Positions 1 through 9,361 of a stretch of DNA of 64,000 bases are shown here, piece by piece. The stretch spans positions 144,021 to 208,020 of the forward strand of contig MHLM01000001.1 of NCBI GenBank assembly GCA_001821395.1. The letters run 5' to 3'. The notes under the pieces were generated by a model that saw only the letters and a program-made list of their open reading frames with translations, was not told the DNA's origin and did not search any database. Both the position numbers and the translations under genes were made by a program. Positions within the stretch are counted from its first letter, which is position 1. The number at the start of each line of letters is the position of its first letter. The stretch is from Candidatus Lloydbacteria bacterium RIFCSPHIGHO2_02_FULL_50_18. GTDB lineage: Bacteria > Patescibacteriota > Minisyncoccia > Phycocordibacterales > UBA6899.

Positions 1-6
1 TTTGGC

Positions 7-2223
7 ATGATACTTATTGAAAGCATGTCAGTAGCAATGAAAAACAAAACGCTGGTCATTGTCGAGTCACCGACAAAGATCAAGAAGCTTGAAGCCTACC
101 TTGGCGATGACTACATCGTCCTCGCTTCCGTTGGACATATTCGCGACCTCCCAAAATCCAATAAGGTCGCTATCGATATCGATGGCGGTTTTGTACCGCA
201 TTATGAAATTGTTCCGGGGAAGGACAAGGTGGTTCGCGAACTCAAGGAGGCGGCGAAGGTCGTCAAAGAAGTCCTCCTCGCAACCGACCCCGACCGCGAA
301 GGCGAGGCTATCGCCTGGCACATCGTCGAAGTCCTCGGCCTAAAAAATGCAAAACGTATCGTATTTCATGAAATCACTGAATCTGCAATACAAGAAGCGG
401 TGAAACACCCCCGTCCAATCGATGAAAACCTCCGCCAGGCACAGGAAGCACGACGCATCCTTGATCGTCTCGTAGGATATGACCTTTCGGGACTTATCTG
501 GAAAAAAGTTCGCTATGGCCTCTCTGCGGGACGCGTGCAATCCCCGGCGCTCCGTATCATCATGGAGCGGGAACGAGAGATCCGTGCGTTCATTCCGGAA
601 ACATTCTGGAGACTGACCGCGGACGTTGCGACCGCAAAAAAAGAACCATTCACGCTCACCTGTAGCGAGGAGCCGAGAGACAAAGAACTTGTAGACAGGA
701 TCCTCAAAGAAGGAAAGATGAATGACTGGTATGTCCTCGAAGTGAAAGAAACCCAGGTTGCGCGCACGCCGAAGACTCCTTTTACTACCTCAACACTCCA
801 GCAGTCCGCATCAACTCGACTCGGACTGTCCCCCTCGCGCACGATGCAGATCGCACAGAAACTTTATGAGGCCGGACTCATCAGTTATATGCGTACCGAT
901 AGCACCAATCTCGCGCAAGAGGCGCAGAAAGAAATTCTCGCTATGATCGAAAAGACCTATGGCAAGGAAAAGGCGATGGCACGTACCTACAAAACGAAGA
1001 GCAAGAATGCACAAGAAGCACATGAAGCAATTCGTCCCACGAGCGCATCAAAGAAAAAGGCGGGACTAACTCCAGAGCAGCAAAGTCTCTATGCCCTGAT
1101 ATGGGAGCGCACGATCGCATCGCAGATGATCGATGCCACCACATTGCGTACAAAAATAGTGGCGAATATAGAGGGAGCAAAGCAGCCAATTCCCGATTTT
1201 CATGCGAACGGATCGCGTATCATCGCAAAAGGATGGCTCGAAGCGGATCCCGATGCCGCTGGCGAAGAAGTCACTCTTCCAAAAGTTTCATCCGGAGATA
1301 AGCTCATACTAAAACAGCTCGACGCCCTCGAGAAGCAAACCGAACCGCTTCCCCGTTACACCGAGGCGGGTCTCATTAAGGAGCTCGACAAACGCGACAT
1401 CGGTCGACCGTCGACCTATGCTTCCATCCTCCGGACCATCACCACGAGAGGTTACGTGAATAAAGAAGGCAAGACGCTCATACCGACTGATACCGGGGAT
1501 GTCGTCAGTTCATTCCTCGAACAACACTTTGCCAAATACATCAGTGACACATTCACTGCAGAGATAGAGCAAAAACTCGATGATATCGCCCTCGGGAAAC
1601 GAAAATATGCAAAGACGCTGAAAGAATTTTATGATCCATTCAAAAAAGATGTGAAATCGAAAGATAAAATTGAGAAGATTACCAACCTTGGTGAGGCACC
1701 GATGGGACTGCTTTGTCCAAAGTGCGGCGGCAATATGATCATCAAGCTCGGCAAGAACGGCAAGTTCTTATCATGCGCAAAATTTCCGGATTGTGACGGA
1801 TTGCGCGGTATCGACGGACAAGAGATCGAGGGCCCCCGTCTCACCGGAGAAAAATGCCCCGACTGCGAGAAGGGTGACCTCATCGAGCGCGAGGGTAAGT
1901 TCGGACGATTCATTGCTTGTGCAAACTATCCGAAATGCAAATACATCAAAAAAGATGCCAATCTTAACCCGGTCACCTCAAGCGGAGTCAAATGTAATAT
2001 CTGCAACGAGGGCGACATGATCGAGCGACGTGGCAGATTCGGGATATTTTGGTCATGTTCGAACTATCCGAAATGCAAACATGCGATCAAGGCGAAACCG
2101 ACGGGGAAATTATGCCCAATGTGCCAAGCACTCATGATGGAAGGTACGAAAACAATTCCCGAGAGATGTTCAAAAAAGGAGTGCCCCAACCATAACCCGC
2201 ACAAGCTCAATAAACCCAAATAG
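7..2223 (+). CDS. topA: DNA topoisomerase I. Toprim N-terminus (VIVESPTKIKKLEAYLG), catalytic Tyr region (LISYMRTDS), and four C-terminal Cys4 zinc ribbons (CPKCGG, CPDCEKG, CNICNEG, CPMCQA). True start probably at M of MKNKTLVIV (near 37).
   Basis: 738-aa ORF; Topo IA motifs read directly from the translation. Confidence 0.9.
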   Translation: MILIESMSVAMKNKTLVIVESPTKIKKLEAYLGDDYIVLASVGHIRDLPKSNKVAIDIDGGFVPHYEIVPGKDKVVRELKEAAKVVKEVLLATDPDREGEAIAWHIVEVLGLKNAKRIVFHEITESAIQEAVKHPRPIDENLRQAQEARRILDRLVGYDLSGLIWKKVRYGLSAGRVQSPALRIIMEREREIRAFIPETFWRLTADVATAKKEPFTLTCSEEPRDKELVDRILKEGKMNDWYVLEVKETQVARTPKTPFTTSTLQQSASTRLGLSPSRTMQIAQKLYEAGLISYMRTDSTNLAQEAQKEILAMIEKTYGKEKAMARTYKTKSKNAQEAHEAIRPTSASKKKAGLTPEQQSLYALIWERTIASQMIDATTLRTKIVANIEGAKQPIPDFHANGSRIIAKGWLEADPDAAGEEVTLPKVSSGDKLILKQLDALEKQTEPLPRYTEAGLIKELDKRDIGRPSTYASILRTITTRGYVNKEGKTLIPTDTGDVVSSFLEQHFAKYISDTFTAEIEQKLDDIALGKRKYAKTLKEFYDPFKKDVKSKDKIEKITNLGEAPMGLLCPKCGGNMIIKLGKNGKFLSCAKFPDCDGLRGIDGQEIEGPRLTGEKCPDCEKGDLIEREGKFGRFIACANYPKCKYIKKDANLNPVTSSGVKCNICNEGDMIERRGRFGIFWSCSNYPKCKHAIKAKPTGKLCPMCQALMMEGTKTIPERCSKKECPNHNPHKLNKPK

Positions 2224-2440
2224 GTAGCTTGCAATCTGCATTGCAAGCGGAAAATTGTTTTTGTGAGACGGAGCATTGTTTCGCCAGCAGGCGAAACGCG
2301 AGTCGGGGTCGCGAGCGTTTTCGTTCGACGGAACGAAAACGACTTGTGACCAAAAACTATTCCCGAACGATGCAGCAAGAAGGAGTGCCCGAATCATAAC
2401 CCCCACAAACTGAACAAGCTCACATAACACAAATACCACC
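2224..2440 (+). repeat. About 125-nt hairpin-rich insert (2224-2350) followed by a diverged duplicate of the last 66 nt of topA (2352-2420). The duplicate encodes IPERCSKKECPNHNPHKLNKLT*; the gene ends IPERCSKKECPNHNPHKLNKPK*. Same element family as the tRNA-linked repeats (motifs TTGTGAGACGGAG, GAGTCGGGGTCGCG, TTGTGACC).
   Basis: Direct repeat of the gene 3' end visible in the sequence. Hairpins gcttgcaat/attgcaagc, gtttcgcc/ggcgaaac, cgttttcgttc/gaacgaaaacg. Confidence 0.6.
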
Positions 2441-2465
2441 CGCTCCAGAGAGCGGGTGATTGATT
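2437..2465 (+). terminator. Stem-loop cacccgctc-caga-gagcgggtg after the topA duplicate; putative terminator.
   Basis: Inverted repeat read in sequence; the downstream T-tract is weak. Confidence 0.35.
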
Positions 2466-2523
2466 CTTGCTCAACTACCTACTTTTTCATCTGTACACAG
2501 TTGCACAAATCTGATTTTTCGTT

Positions 2524-3996
2524 ATGATAAAAAATATGGAACATGTCAAGACACTCACCGAAATTACTGAAGTCATGCGCAGTAAGGAAAAAGAGCACAT
2601 CGATCTCGTGACAAAGGCCTATAACTTTGCTGAACAAGCGCACCACGGACAGAAACGCTACTCCGGGGATCCGTACTTTATCCACGTTGCAGCGGTAGGA
2701 TATACCCTTGCGGAGATGGGCATGGATACGACCACCATCTCAGCAGGGCTCCTGCATGACGTCGTCGAGGACGCAATGGTATCTGAAGATGATATCGAGC
2801 GAGAATTCGGAAAAGAGATCCGTTTTCTTGTCGACGGTGTCACAAAGCTCGGTAAGCTCAAATATCATGGGGTCGAAAGACATGTCGAAAGCTTGCGCAA
2901 ACTTTTCGTTTCCACCGCAAAGGACCTGCGAGTCATCATCATCAAGCTTGCCGATCGATTGCATAATGTGAGCACACTTAAATATATACCGAAGGCCAAG
3001 CAGCATCGTATCGCCATGGAGACACTCGAGATCTATGCACCGATCGCAAATCGTCTCTCCATCGGTAAGATCAAGGGCCAGCTCGAGGATTACTCCTTCC
3101 CTTTTGCTTATCCCGAAAAATACGAAGAACTTCAAGCACTGCTCAAGGAGCGAAATAAGGACAATGAAAAGCGTTTGGAAAAAATATATCGCGGAATCCA
3201 GATAGAGCTTGTAAAGAGCGGAATCGTAAATGTGCATGGTGAGTACCGCATCAAGCGCATGTACAGTCTTTATAAGAAACTCGCGGAACATGACATGGAC
3301 ATCAGCAAGATCTATGACCTGTCTGCACTGCGGATCGTTGTCCCGACCCTTGCGGACTGTTATCGTGCGCTTGGTATCGTACACAGCGTCTGGAGACCGC
3401 TTCCCGGCCGCATCAAAGACTATATTGCCTTTCCAAAACCAAACGGCTACCAATCACTGCACACAACGATATTCACCGGCGACGGCGGCATCGTTGAGGT
3501 ACAATTTCGCACCGAGGAGATGGACCGCGATGCGGCGCTCGGAATTGCAGCGCACTTTGCATACAAAGAAGGAATTCCGGGCGACGTGAGTGGCAAACTT
3601 CCCAATAAGCTCGATTGGGTGAAGCAAGTTTCGCTATTACAGAAAAATATTTCCGCGTCTGGAGAATACCTTGAAAATCTTAAGGTTGATTTTTTCGGTG
3701 ATCGCATATTTCTTTTCACTCCCAAGGGTGACGTTGTCGATCTTCCTCAGGACTCCAGTCCGATCGATTTTGCCTATGCCATCCACTCGGATATCGGAGA
3801 ACATATTTCCGGCGCAAAGATCAACGGAAAATTTCTCGCACTTGATACAAAATTGCACAACGGGGATATCGTCGAAGTCATCACCAAAAAAAATGCGAAG
3901 CCGTCGATCAAATGGGTTGATTATGCGAAAACAACTTTTGCAAAGCGCAGTATTCGTTCATATCTGCAAAAAGAAGAGGAGAAACGAAAGCGTTAA
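2524..3996 (+). CDS. rel: Bifunctional (p)ppGpp synthetase/hydrolase, RelA/SpoT homolog. HD domain (HDVVEDA), synthetase domain (GYQSLHTT), TGS domain. Start may be at M5 (2536).
   Basis: 490-aa ORF with HD and RelA/SpoT motifs. Confidence 0.85.
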   Translation: MIKNMEHVKTLTEITEVMRSKEKEHIDLVTKAYNFAEQAHHGQKRYSGDPYFIHVAAVGYTLAEMGMDTTTISAGLLHDVVEDAMVSEDDIEREFGKEIRFLVDGVTKLGKLKYHGVERHVESLRKLFVSTAKDLRVIIIKLADRLHNVSTLKYIPKAKQHRIAMETLEIYAPIANRLSIGKIKGQLEDYSFPFAYPEKYEELQALLKERNKDNEKRLEKIYRGIQIELVKSGIVNVHGEYRIKRMYSLYKKLAEHDMDISKIYDLSALRIVVPTLADCYRALGIVHSVWRPLPGRIKDYIAFPKPNGYQSLHTTIFTGDGGIVEVQFRTEEMDRDAALGIAAHFAYKEGIPGDVSGKLPNKLDWVKQVSLLQKNISASGEYLENLKVDFFGDRIFLFTPKGDVVDLPQDSSPIDFAYAIHSDIGEHISGAKINGKFLALDTKLHNGDIVEVITKKNAKPSIKWVDYAKTTFAKRSIRSYLQKEEEKRKR

Positions 3997-4094
3997 GGCC
4001 TCATCCATTAATAAGTTGCTATAAAAAATGGCTGATGCACAGAGGACCGTCAACACCAATAACGATGAGGTTATTGGTGGACGAGTCCTAAGCC

Positions 4095-5270
4095 CTAGAT
4101 CGAAAAATTGCTGACCGAGTAGAGAGCGTCGTCTTCGGACTCATCGGTCTTTTTTATCTCACCTTCTGCTTCCGGTATCGCTTCTCGGTCACCTGGAGGC
4201 TCATGATGCTCATCGTCGGAAATATCGGTACTGAATCGTTGGAACGAGTCGAGGTGGTCGGGGGCGTCATCAAGAGGTATGAGCGGGGCTTGCGGAGCCT
4301 CAAACGGCGCAAAAGAATGTCCATCACGGGGAATGACCTCGTCGTGCGATATGCGAATCGGAGTACTCTCCTCGAGTGTTTTCATTGCCTTGCTTGTGTC
4401 CGATGCGGCGGTCGAGGCTTTACGCAGCAGTGAAAGCTGTTCGGAAAAATGCACCTTATCGAGCAATGCACGCAGGTCATCACTGGAGAAGAAATCAATG
4501 ACCAACTTTCCGCCCCCTACCTGTCGACGTTCGATGGAAACGCGCGTTCCTAGGGTTTCCGCAAGCTCCTTTTCAATGAGCTCCATCTCGGGATCGCGAG
4601 GGATCTTGCTGCGTACCCGCTCTTTTGCGATGTGCCGCGCGATCTGTTCTGCCTCCCTCACGGTGAGCTTTTTGAAAAGAATTTCTTTATAGAGCGTATT
4701 CTGTTCTTCTTTTCGATCGGTAAGCATCATCAAAGGGCGTGCATGCCCCTCAGTGATGCGCCCCTGCGCAAGCGCATCGAGGATCTCTTTCGGAAGTACG
4801 AGCAATCGCAATGTATTCGAAACATACTCACGACTCTTCCCCACTTTCTTTGCGATCTCAGTGTGCTTCAAGCTAAATTCTTGTGCAAGCCGCGCAAATG
4901 AAATAGCGCGATCAACGGGATTGAGGTCTTCGCGCTGCAAGTTCTCGATGATGGCGAGCTCGAGCTTGAGACGCGGATCGGTCACCGCCTGAATGATAGC
5001 CGGCACACGCAAGAGTCCCGCAAGCCTGGAGGCGCGCAAACGACGCTCTCCTGCGATGAGTTCGTATTCCACGACCATTCCCCCATCAGGTAGCTCAACT
5101 TCGCTTCGCGTGACGACGAGCGGCTGAAGCACCCCATACTGGCGGATAGAGTCTGCAAGGTCACGCAAATGAGCTTCGTCAAACTCTTTTCTCGGCTGAT
5201 AGGGATTCGGTTTGATCTTCTCGACTTCGATCCAAAAAATGGCGTTGTTTATAAATTCAGACATGCGCAC
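4095..5270 (-). CDS. parB: Chromosome partitioning protein ParB/Spo0J (KIKPNPYQPRKEF, GERRLRASRLAG) with an acidic C-terminal tail.
   Basis: ParB box motifs in the translation. Confidence 0.85.
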   Translation of the reverse strand: MRMSEFINNAIFWIEVEKIKPNPYQPRKEFDEAHLRDLADSIRQYGVLQPLVVTRSEVELPDGGMVVEYELIAGERRLRASRLAGLLRVPAIIQAVTDPRLKLELAIIENLQREDLNPVDRAISFARLAQEFSLKHTEIAKKVGKSREYVSNTLRLLVLPKEILDALAQGRITEGHARPLMMLTDRKEEQNTLYKEILFKKLTVREAEQIARHIAKERVRSKIPRDPEMELIEKELAETLGTRVSIERRQVGGGKLVIDFFSSDDLRALLDKVHFSEQLSLLRKASTAASDTSKAMKTLEESTPIRISHDEVIPRDGHSFAPFEAPQAPLIPLDDAPDHLDSFQRFSTDISDDEHHEPPGDREAIPEAEGEIKKTDESEDDALYSVSNFSI

Positions 5271-5362
5271 ATTCTAGCATAGAACCACCCGCCGCAATGA
5301 TGTGTACAAAGTGTTGATGAGTTTGATTTTTGGATGCGAGTTCGTTACACTATCCCCACAAG

Positions 5363-5400
5363 CTGGAGTGGCGGAATGGTAGACGCGTGAGGTGCTGGAT
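5363..5400 (+). pseudogene. 5' fragment of a tRNA-Leu. It matches 25 of 26 nt to the start of the tRNA-Leu(CAA) gene 215 bp downstream. There is no anticodon or T-arm half.
   Basis: gctggagtggcggaatggtagacgcg vs gccggagtggcggaatggtagacgcg. Confidence 0.5.
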
Positions 5401-5575
5401 TAGCGAAGCAGCGCTTCGCAAGCACCGCAAGGTCGGAGCCATGTCGAGGCTTTGTGAGACAGGCGAGACGGGGTCGCAAGAACTTATGAGCGAAGCGAAT
5501 TAGTTACTTGAGACCGACGTAGTCGTGCGCAGTGTGGATGTCGTGAGAATTGTTCAAAAAAATAAATAGTTCGTA
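5401..5575 (+). repeat. tRNA-linked element copy (core TTGTGAGACAGGCGAGACGGGGTCGCAAG, hairpin gcgaagcagcgcttcgc) between the tRNA fragment and tRNA-Leu(CAA).
   Basis: Motifs shared with 2262-2350, 9362-9532, 57225-57420 and 63270-63300. Confidence 0.5.
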
Positions 5576-5577
5576 TT

Positions 5578-5658
5578 GCCGGAGTGGCGGAATGGTAGAC
5601 GCGCACGACTCAAAATCGTGTTTCGAAAGAAGTGAGGGTTCAAGTCCCTCCTCCGGCA
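5578..5658 (+). tRNA. tRNA-Leu(CAA), type II with a long variable arm. The 3' end is ACA; CCA is not encoded.
   Basis: Cloverleaf folded by hand. Acceptor gccggag/ctccggc, anticodon loop cuCAAaa, T-arm gaggg-ttcaagt-ccctc. Confidence 0.85.
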
Positions 5659-5663
5659 CATTT

Positions 5664-6060
5664 TGAAAAATCAGCCCATGTGGGCGATTTTTCTTATGTG
5701 CCGGAGAGAAAGTGCTCTGCGGCACTTTCGTGAGGGACTTGAAAAGCTTTGCGATGTTTATAAAGAATTCTTATTCTGAATAAACCGCAAGGGTGTACTG
5801 ACCGAGTAGCGGTCAAGTCCCCTCTTTCTTTGACAAAAAACGTAGTAACTCGTGACCAAGTCTGATACCCTTGCGTGCTTTCGTGAGGGACTTGAAAGGG
5901 ATTTCGATATTTTCAAGGAGCCATGCTCCGAGAAAATCGAAATCCACCTGGCGAAGTAATCGCCAAGTCCCTCGTTAATTGCATCAATAAGACCTAGTGA
6001 TTCGTGACCAAGTCCGAGAGTACTGCTCGGCTTCCGTGAGGTGACCCACTAGAGACGCGC
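5664..6060 (+). repeat. tRNA-linked elements, about 2.5 tandem units. Terminator hairpin 5666-5692. Mirror copy of the tRNA 3' end split by a hairpin (tgtgccggag[agaaagtgctctgcggcactttcgt]gagggacttgaa, 5697-5742). Core ATTCTTATTCTGAATAAA ... GGGTGTACTGACCGAGTAGCGG. Direct copies of the T-arm (tcaagtcccctc, ccaagtccctcg, ccaagtccgag).
   Basis: Read directly from the sequence; the same architecture recurs at 10 other loci. Confidence 0.7.
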
Positions 6061-6142
6061 ATGATTGTACCTGCGCATTGCACTCATACATATTCTCAAG
6101 TAGAGTTGACTCAGAATCTCATAGTCAATTTACGGAGGAAAA

Positions 6143-6622
6143 ATGCAACAAATATCGTCCCTCGGTGAGCTTTCGGCGATACAAAGTACCGCACTCGATG
6201 AAGCACTTCTAGTGCTAGAAAACTCCTACAATCCCTATTCTCACTTTTGTGTCGGGGCATGCCTCTATACACAAGACGGAAAACTGGTATCCGGAACAAA
6301 TGTCGAAAACGCTGCGTATGGTTCAACCATTTGCGCCGAACGTTCCGCCATTTTGAGTGCAAATGCACTCGGAATCAGACGATTCATTGGCATTGCGATC
6401 ATCGCGCGCGGAGAAAATTTCGACACAACGGAAGTCACTGGTCCGTGCGGAAGCTGTCGGCAAATGCTTTATGAACTTTCGCAAATTTCGAACTGCGACC
6501 TAGAGATCGTTCTTTCGACGTCAAAGAAGGATAAGATCATCGTAACAACAATCAAGGAACTTCTCCCGCTCGCCTTTGGCCCAGTTGATCTCGGCATCGA
6601 CATCACCAAGTATCAAAAATAA
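6143..6622 (+). CDS. cdd: Cytidine deaminase. Zinc ligands CAE and PCGSCRQ. RBS GGAGG 6 nt upstream of the start.
   Basis: 159-aa ORF with the CDA zinc-binding motifs. Confidence 0.8.
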   Translation: MQQISSLGELSAIQSTALDEALLVLENSYNPYSHFCVGACLYTQDGKLVSGTNVENAAYGSTICAERSAILSANALGIRRFIGIAIIARGENFDTTEVTGPCGSCRQMLYELSQISNCDLEIVLSTSKKDKIIVTTIKELLPLAFGPVDLGIDITKYQK

Positions 6623-6670
6623 TATGTCGGCAATAAAAAAGCGCTCTGATCGAGCGCTTTTTACTTGTAA

Positions 6671-7294
6671 CTATATCTTCCCAACCAGCTCAATCCCCGG
6701 CTTGAGTGTGACCTCTCCCGGTTCCCAGCTTGCGGGACACACATTGCCACCATGCTCAGCGACAAACTTTGCCGCACGTAATTTGCGGAGCAACTCCTTT
6801 CCGCTTCGTCCGATCGCATTGTCGTTGATCTCCATCGTCTTCAGCACCCCCTCAGGATCAACAATGAAGCTTCCGCGCAGAGAAAGCCCCGAGTCCCCGC
6901 CATCGGCAATATACGTTCCGAAGAGCATCGAAAGACTTCCGTCGGGGTCGGCGACCATCGGATATTGGATCTTCTTGATTGCAACCGAAGAATCGTGCCA
7001 TGCTTTGTGTGCGTACACCGTGTCAGTAGAAACCGAAAGCACCTCTGCACCTTCCTTTTTAAATTCTTCATACATGTCCGCCATTTCTTCAAGCTCAGTC
7101 GGGCAGACGAACGTAAAGTCTGCAGGGTAAAAGAAATAGATAACCCACTTTCCAAGGAGGTCTTTTGTCTTAATTTTCGTCAATGCATCATTTTTAGTAT
7201 CGTAGACGGCAAGCTCCATCTCTGGGAGCTTATCTCCGATCGACAGTGATACGTCAACCAGATCTCCACCGCATGCACAGGTCTCTTCATTCAT
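6671..7294 (-). CDS. 2-Cys peroxiredoxin (AhpC/TSA family). Active site FTFVCPTEL; resolving Cys in VCPA.
   Basis: Prx motifs in the translation. Confidence 0.8.
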   Translation of the reverse strand: MNEETCACGGDLVDVSLSIGDKLPEMELAVYDTKNDALTKIKTKDLLGKWVIYFFYPADFTFVCPTELEEMADMYEEFKKEGAEVLSVSTDTVYAHKAWHDSSVAIKKIQYPMVADPDGSLSMLFGTYIADGGDSGLSLRGSFIVDPEGVLKTMEINDNAIGRSGKELLRKLRAAKFVAEHGGNVCPASWEPGEVTLKPGIELVGKI

Positions 7295-7362
7295 AAGTGT
7301 ATAATTTTATATGTAAGGCCCAAATTATAGCATTTTTCGTGAAAAGTTCTATACTCTCAAAC

Positions 7363-8265
7363 ATGAATAATGAGAAGCCAAAAATAGTCGTCGTTGTCGG
7401 TCCGACGGCATCGGGAAAGAGCGATCTCGCGGTAATTATCGCGCAAAAATTTAACGGCGAAGTAATTTCCGCGGATTCACGTCAAGTATATACAGGGCTC
7501 GATATCGGAACAGGAAAAGTGACCGAAGAAGAGATGGGCGGAGTCACTCATCACCTGCTTTCTGTCGTATCTCCGGAGGTCATCTTTACGGTAAGTGAGT
7601 ATCGCACCATGGCACAACATGCGATCGACGAGATACTTGCGCGGGGAAAACTGCCCATCATCTGCGGTGGTACAGGATTTTATATTCAAGCTCTCGTTGA
7701 CGGGATACAGTTGCCCGATGCACCACCGAACCCAAGGCTGCGCGAAACACTGTCTGCGTTCACGACAACAGCGCTTTTTGAAAAACTCACAGCCCTTGAT
7801 CCGGATTTCGCCGACATCGTCGACAAGCACAATCCGCACCGACTCATTCGCGCCATCGAGATCGCGTCAGCGCTCGGGCACGTTCCCTCTCTCGAAAAAC
7901 ATCCGCTGTATGATCCGTGCTTTATCGGCATCTCAACAGATCTCTATACACTCCGTGAGCGCATTCACAAAAGACTCCTCGCACGCCTCAATGCCGGAAT
8001 GCTTGATGAAATAAAAAGACTTCACGCGGAGGGACTGTTGTGGGAGCGAATGGAGGCGCTCGGACTGGAATATCGCTATCTTGCGCGCCACCTCACGGGG
8101 AAGCTTTCGTTCGACGAGATGACGAAAGAGTTAGAAAATGAGATCTTCCATTATGCCAAAAGACAAATGACCTGGTTCAAACGCGATAACCGTATTCATT
8201 GGTTTGAAAAAGATGATCTCGTCGCTGTCGAAAAGGAGGTAGGGAAACATCTCCTTCGAGAATGA
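7363..8265 (+). CDS. miaA: tRNA dimethylallyltransferase (P-loop VVVGPTASGKS). The ORF opens at 7297; the start is probably M23.
   Basis: MiaA N-terminal P-loop and overall length. Confidence 0.8.
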   Translation: MNNEKPKIVVVVGPTASGKSDLAVIIAQKFNGEVISADSRQVYTGLDIGTGKVTEEEMGGVTHHLLSVVSPEVIFTVSEYRTMAQHAIDEILARGKLPIICGGTGFYIQALVDGIQLPDAPPNPRLRETLSAFTTTALFEKLTALDPDFADIVDKHNPHRLIRAIEIASALGHVPSLEKHPLYDPCFIGISTDLYTLRERIHKRLLARLNAGMLDEIKRLHAEGLLWERMEALGLEYRYLARHLTGKLSFDEMTKELENEIFHYAKRQMTWFKRDNRIHWFEKDDLVAVEKEVGKHLLRE

Positions 8266-8328
8266 TCCTTAAAATATAAATTATGTAATTCATATCGGTC
8301 GATACAAATTACATAATATATTAACATC

Positions 8329-8358
8329 AAAAACCCCACTCATGGTGGGGTTTTTTAC
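8329..8358. terminator. Bidirectional rho-independent terminator aaaaccccactcatggtggggtttttt between the convergent miaA and peptidase genes. An 11-bp palindrome (attatgtaatt ... aattacataat) lies just upstream.
   Basis: GC stem flanked by A/T runs. Confidence 0.6.
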
Positions 8359-8360
8359 GA

Positions 8361-9293
8361 CTATTCCTCGCCCATATATTCGGGCGGGAGAACAAAGACG
8401 TGATAATGCGAACGCTCAATGATGAACAGAATTTTATGCTTTTGTTGATCGGCGATAAGCCGGGCCTCAAGCCATGCGCGTTTCTGTTGACCAATATCCT
8501 TCAGACCGAGATCAAGCGAGGACCCACTTGTATGGGTGGAGCACAGAAATGCATAGCGACAGTCTGCGGGCGATAGCCCTCGCCTCACCTCTTTTGCCTG
8601 ATCCTCAAAGGAGCGAATCATCGAAGTAACGCGAAGCGGAACGAAATGCTCACCGGCCTGCTCTTCCAGCGCAAAATGCTGATGCATATCATGAGCAAGT
8701 CCCGCGATATAATCGCGCACCCATGGACGAGTGAACCTCCTGTCGGGAGGGATCTCTTTTGACACCACTTCAACGTAAGGAGACGATATCTCCACAAGCT
8801 GACCTCCCGCTTCACGTCGGATATCCGCGAGATCGCGATATCCTCGAAGCCGAAATGTGCGCGCGAGACAAACTTCATGCCCATGATGCGCCGTGGATCC
8901 GCGCAGTGCGGACCAAAAGGCCCTGAGTCCGTTTTCCTCGCGTGCGGTCTGCTCTCGAAACACGAAATCCACTACAGCTCCAGTGCGATTCGTCTCAGTC
9001 ACATGGCGGATGCATTCCGAAAATGCATCACGTATCGCCTCTTGCTTCGAGGAAAGCAATAGCTTCGCACCAAGCGGCACTCGAGATGGATCGGCAACCG
9101 GTGGCAGCTTATTCTGTCTCACTTTGTGCTTTCCGGACCGTTGGGGCTTCTTTACCTTCTTGCACAGCTTTTGTTTATGATTCTTCCGGCACTCCGCGCG
9201 AACGGACGTGTACTCCGTAGCCGGTGCGGCAAATGTGCTTCCAAAAAGGAGCACCATGAACAAAGCGGCTATCGCTCGTGCAATATGCTTCAT
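8361..9293 (-). CDS. Secreted peptidase M15-like protein (VanY/D-Ala-D-Ala carboxypeptidase fold). Signal peptide; motifs STHTSGSSLD (SxHxxGxAxD-like) and ERSHYH.
   Basis: Signal peptide plus partial M15 zinc-ligand motifs; assignment tentative. Confidence 0.45.
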   Translation of the reverse strand: MKHIARAIAALFMVLLFGSTFAAPATEYTSVRAECRKNHKQKLCKKVKKPQRSGKHKVRQNKLPPVADPSRVPLGAKLLLSSKQEAIRDAFSECIRHVTETNRTGAVVDFVFREQTAREENGLRAFWSALRGSTAHHGHEVCLARTFRLRGYRDLADIRREAGGQLVEISSPYVEVVSKEIPPDRRFTRPWVRDYIAGLAHDMHQHFALEEQAGEHFVPLRVTSMIRSFEDQAKEVRRGLSPADCRYAFLCSTHTSGSSLDLGLKDIGQQKRAWLEARLIADQQKHKILFIIERSHYHVFVLPPEYMGEE

Positions 9294-9361
9294 TGCGTTC
9301 CCCCTTCAAAGAAACCTCTACGTTCACGCTAACATGCCTTAGGGTTTGCGCAAGGAGAGAA

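Noticed and set aside
59-2020. Multiple 60-110-aa ORFs on both strands inside topA, rel, clpB, gyrA, infB and similar genes
   Set aside because: They are nested in or antisense to well-supported long genes, with no independent signals.
5363-5560. tRNA-Leu with a group I intron in the anticodon loop
   Set aside because: The 5' part matches tRNA-Leu, but no anticodon 3' half, T-arm or acceptor 3' strand follows within about 200 nt. It is a 5' fragment next to an element core, not an intron-containing gene.
8281-8327. 11-bp palindrome attatgtaatt...aattacataat as a regulatory operator
   Set aside because: It lies between two convergent gene ends next to the terminator. No adjacent promoter is evident, so it was not listed as a feature.
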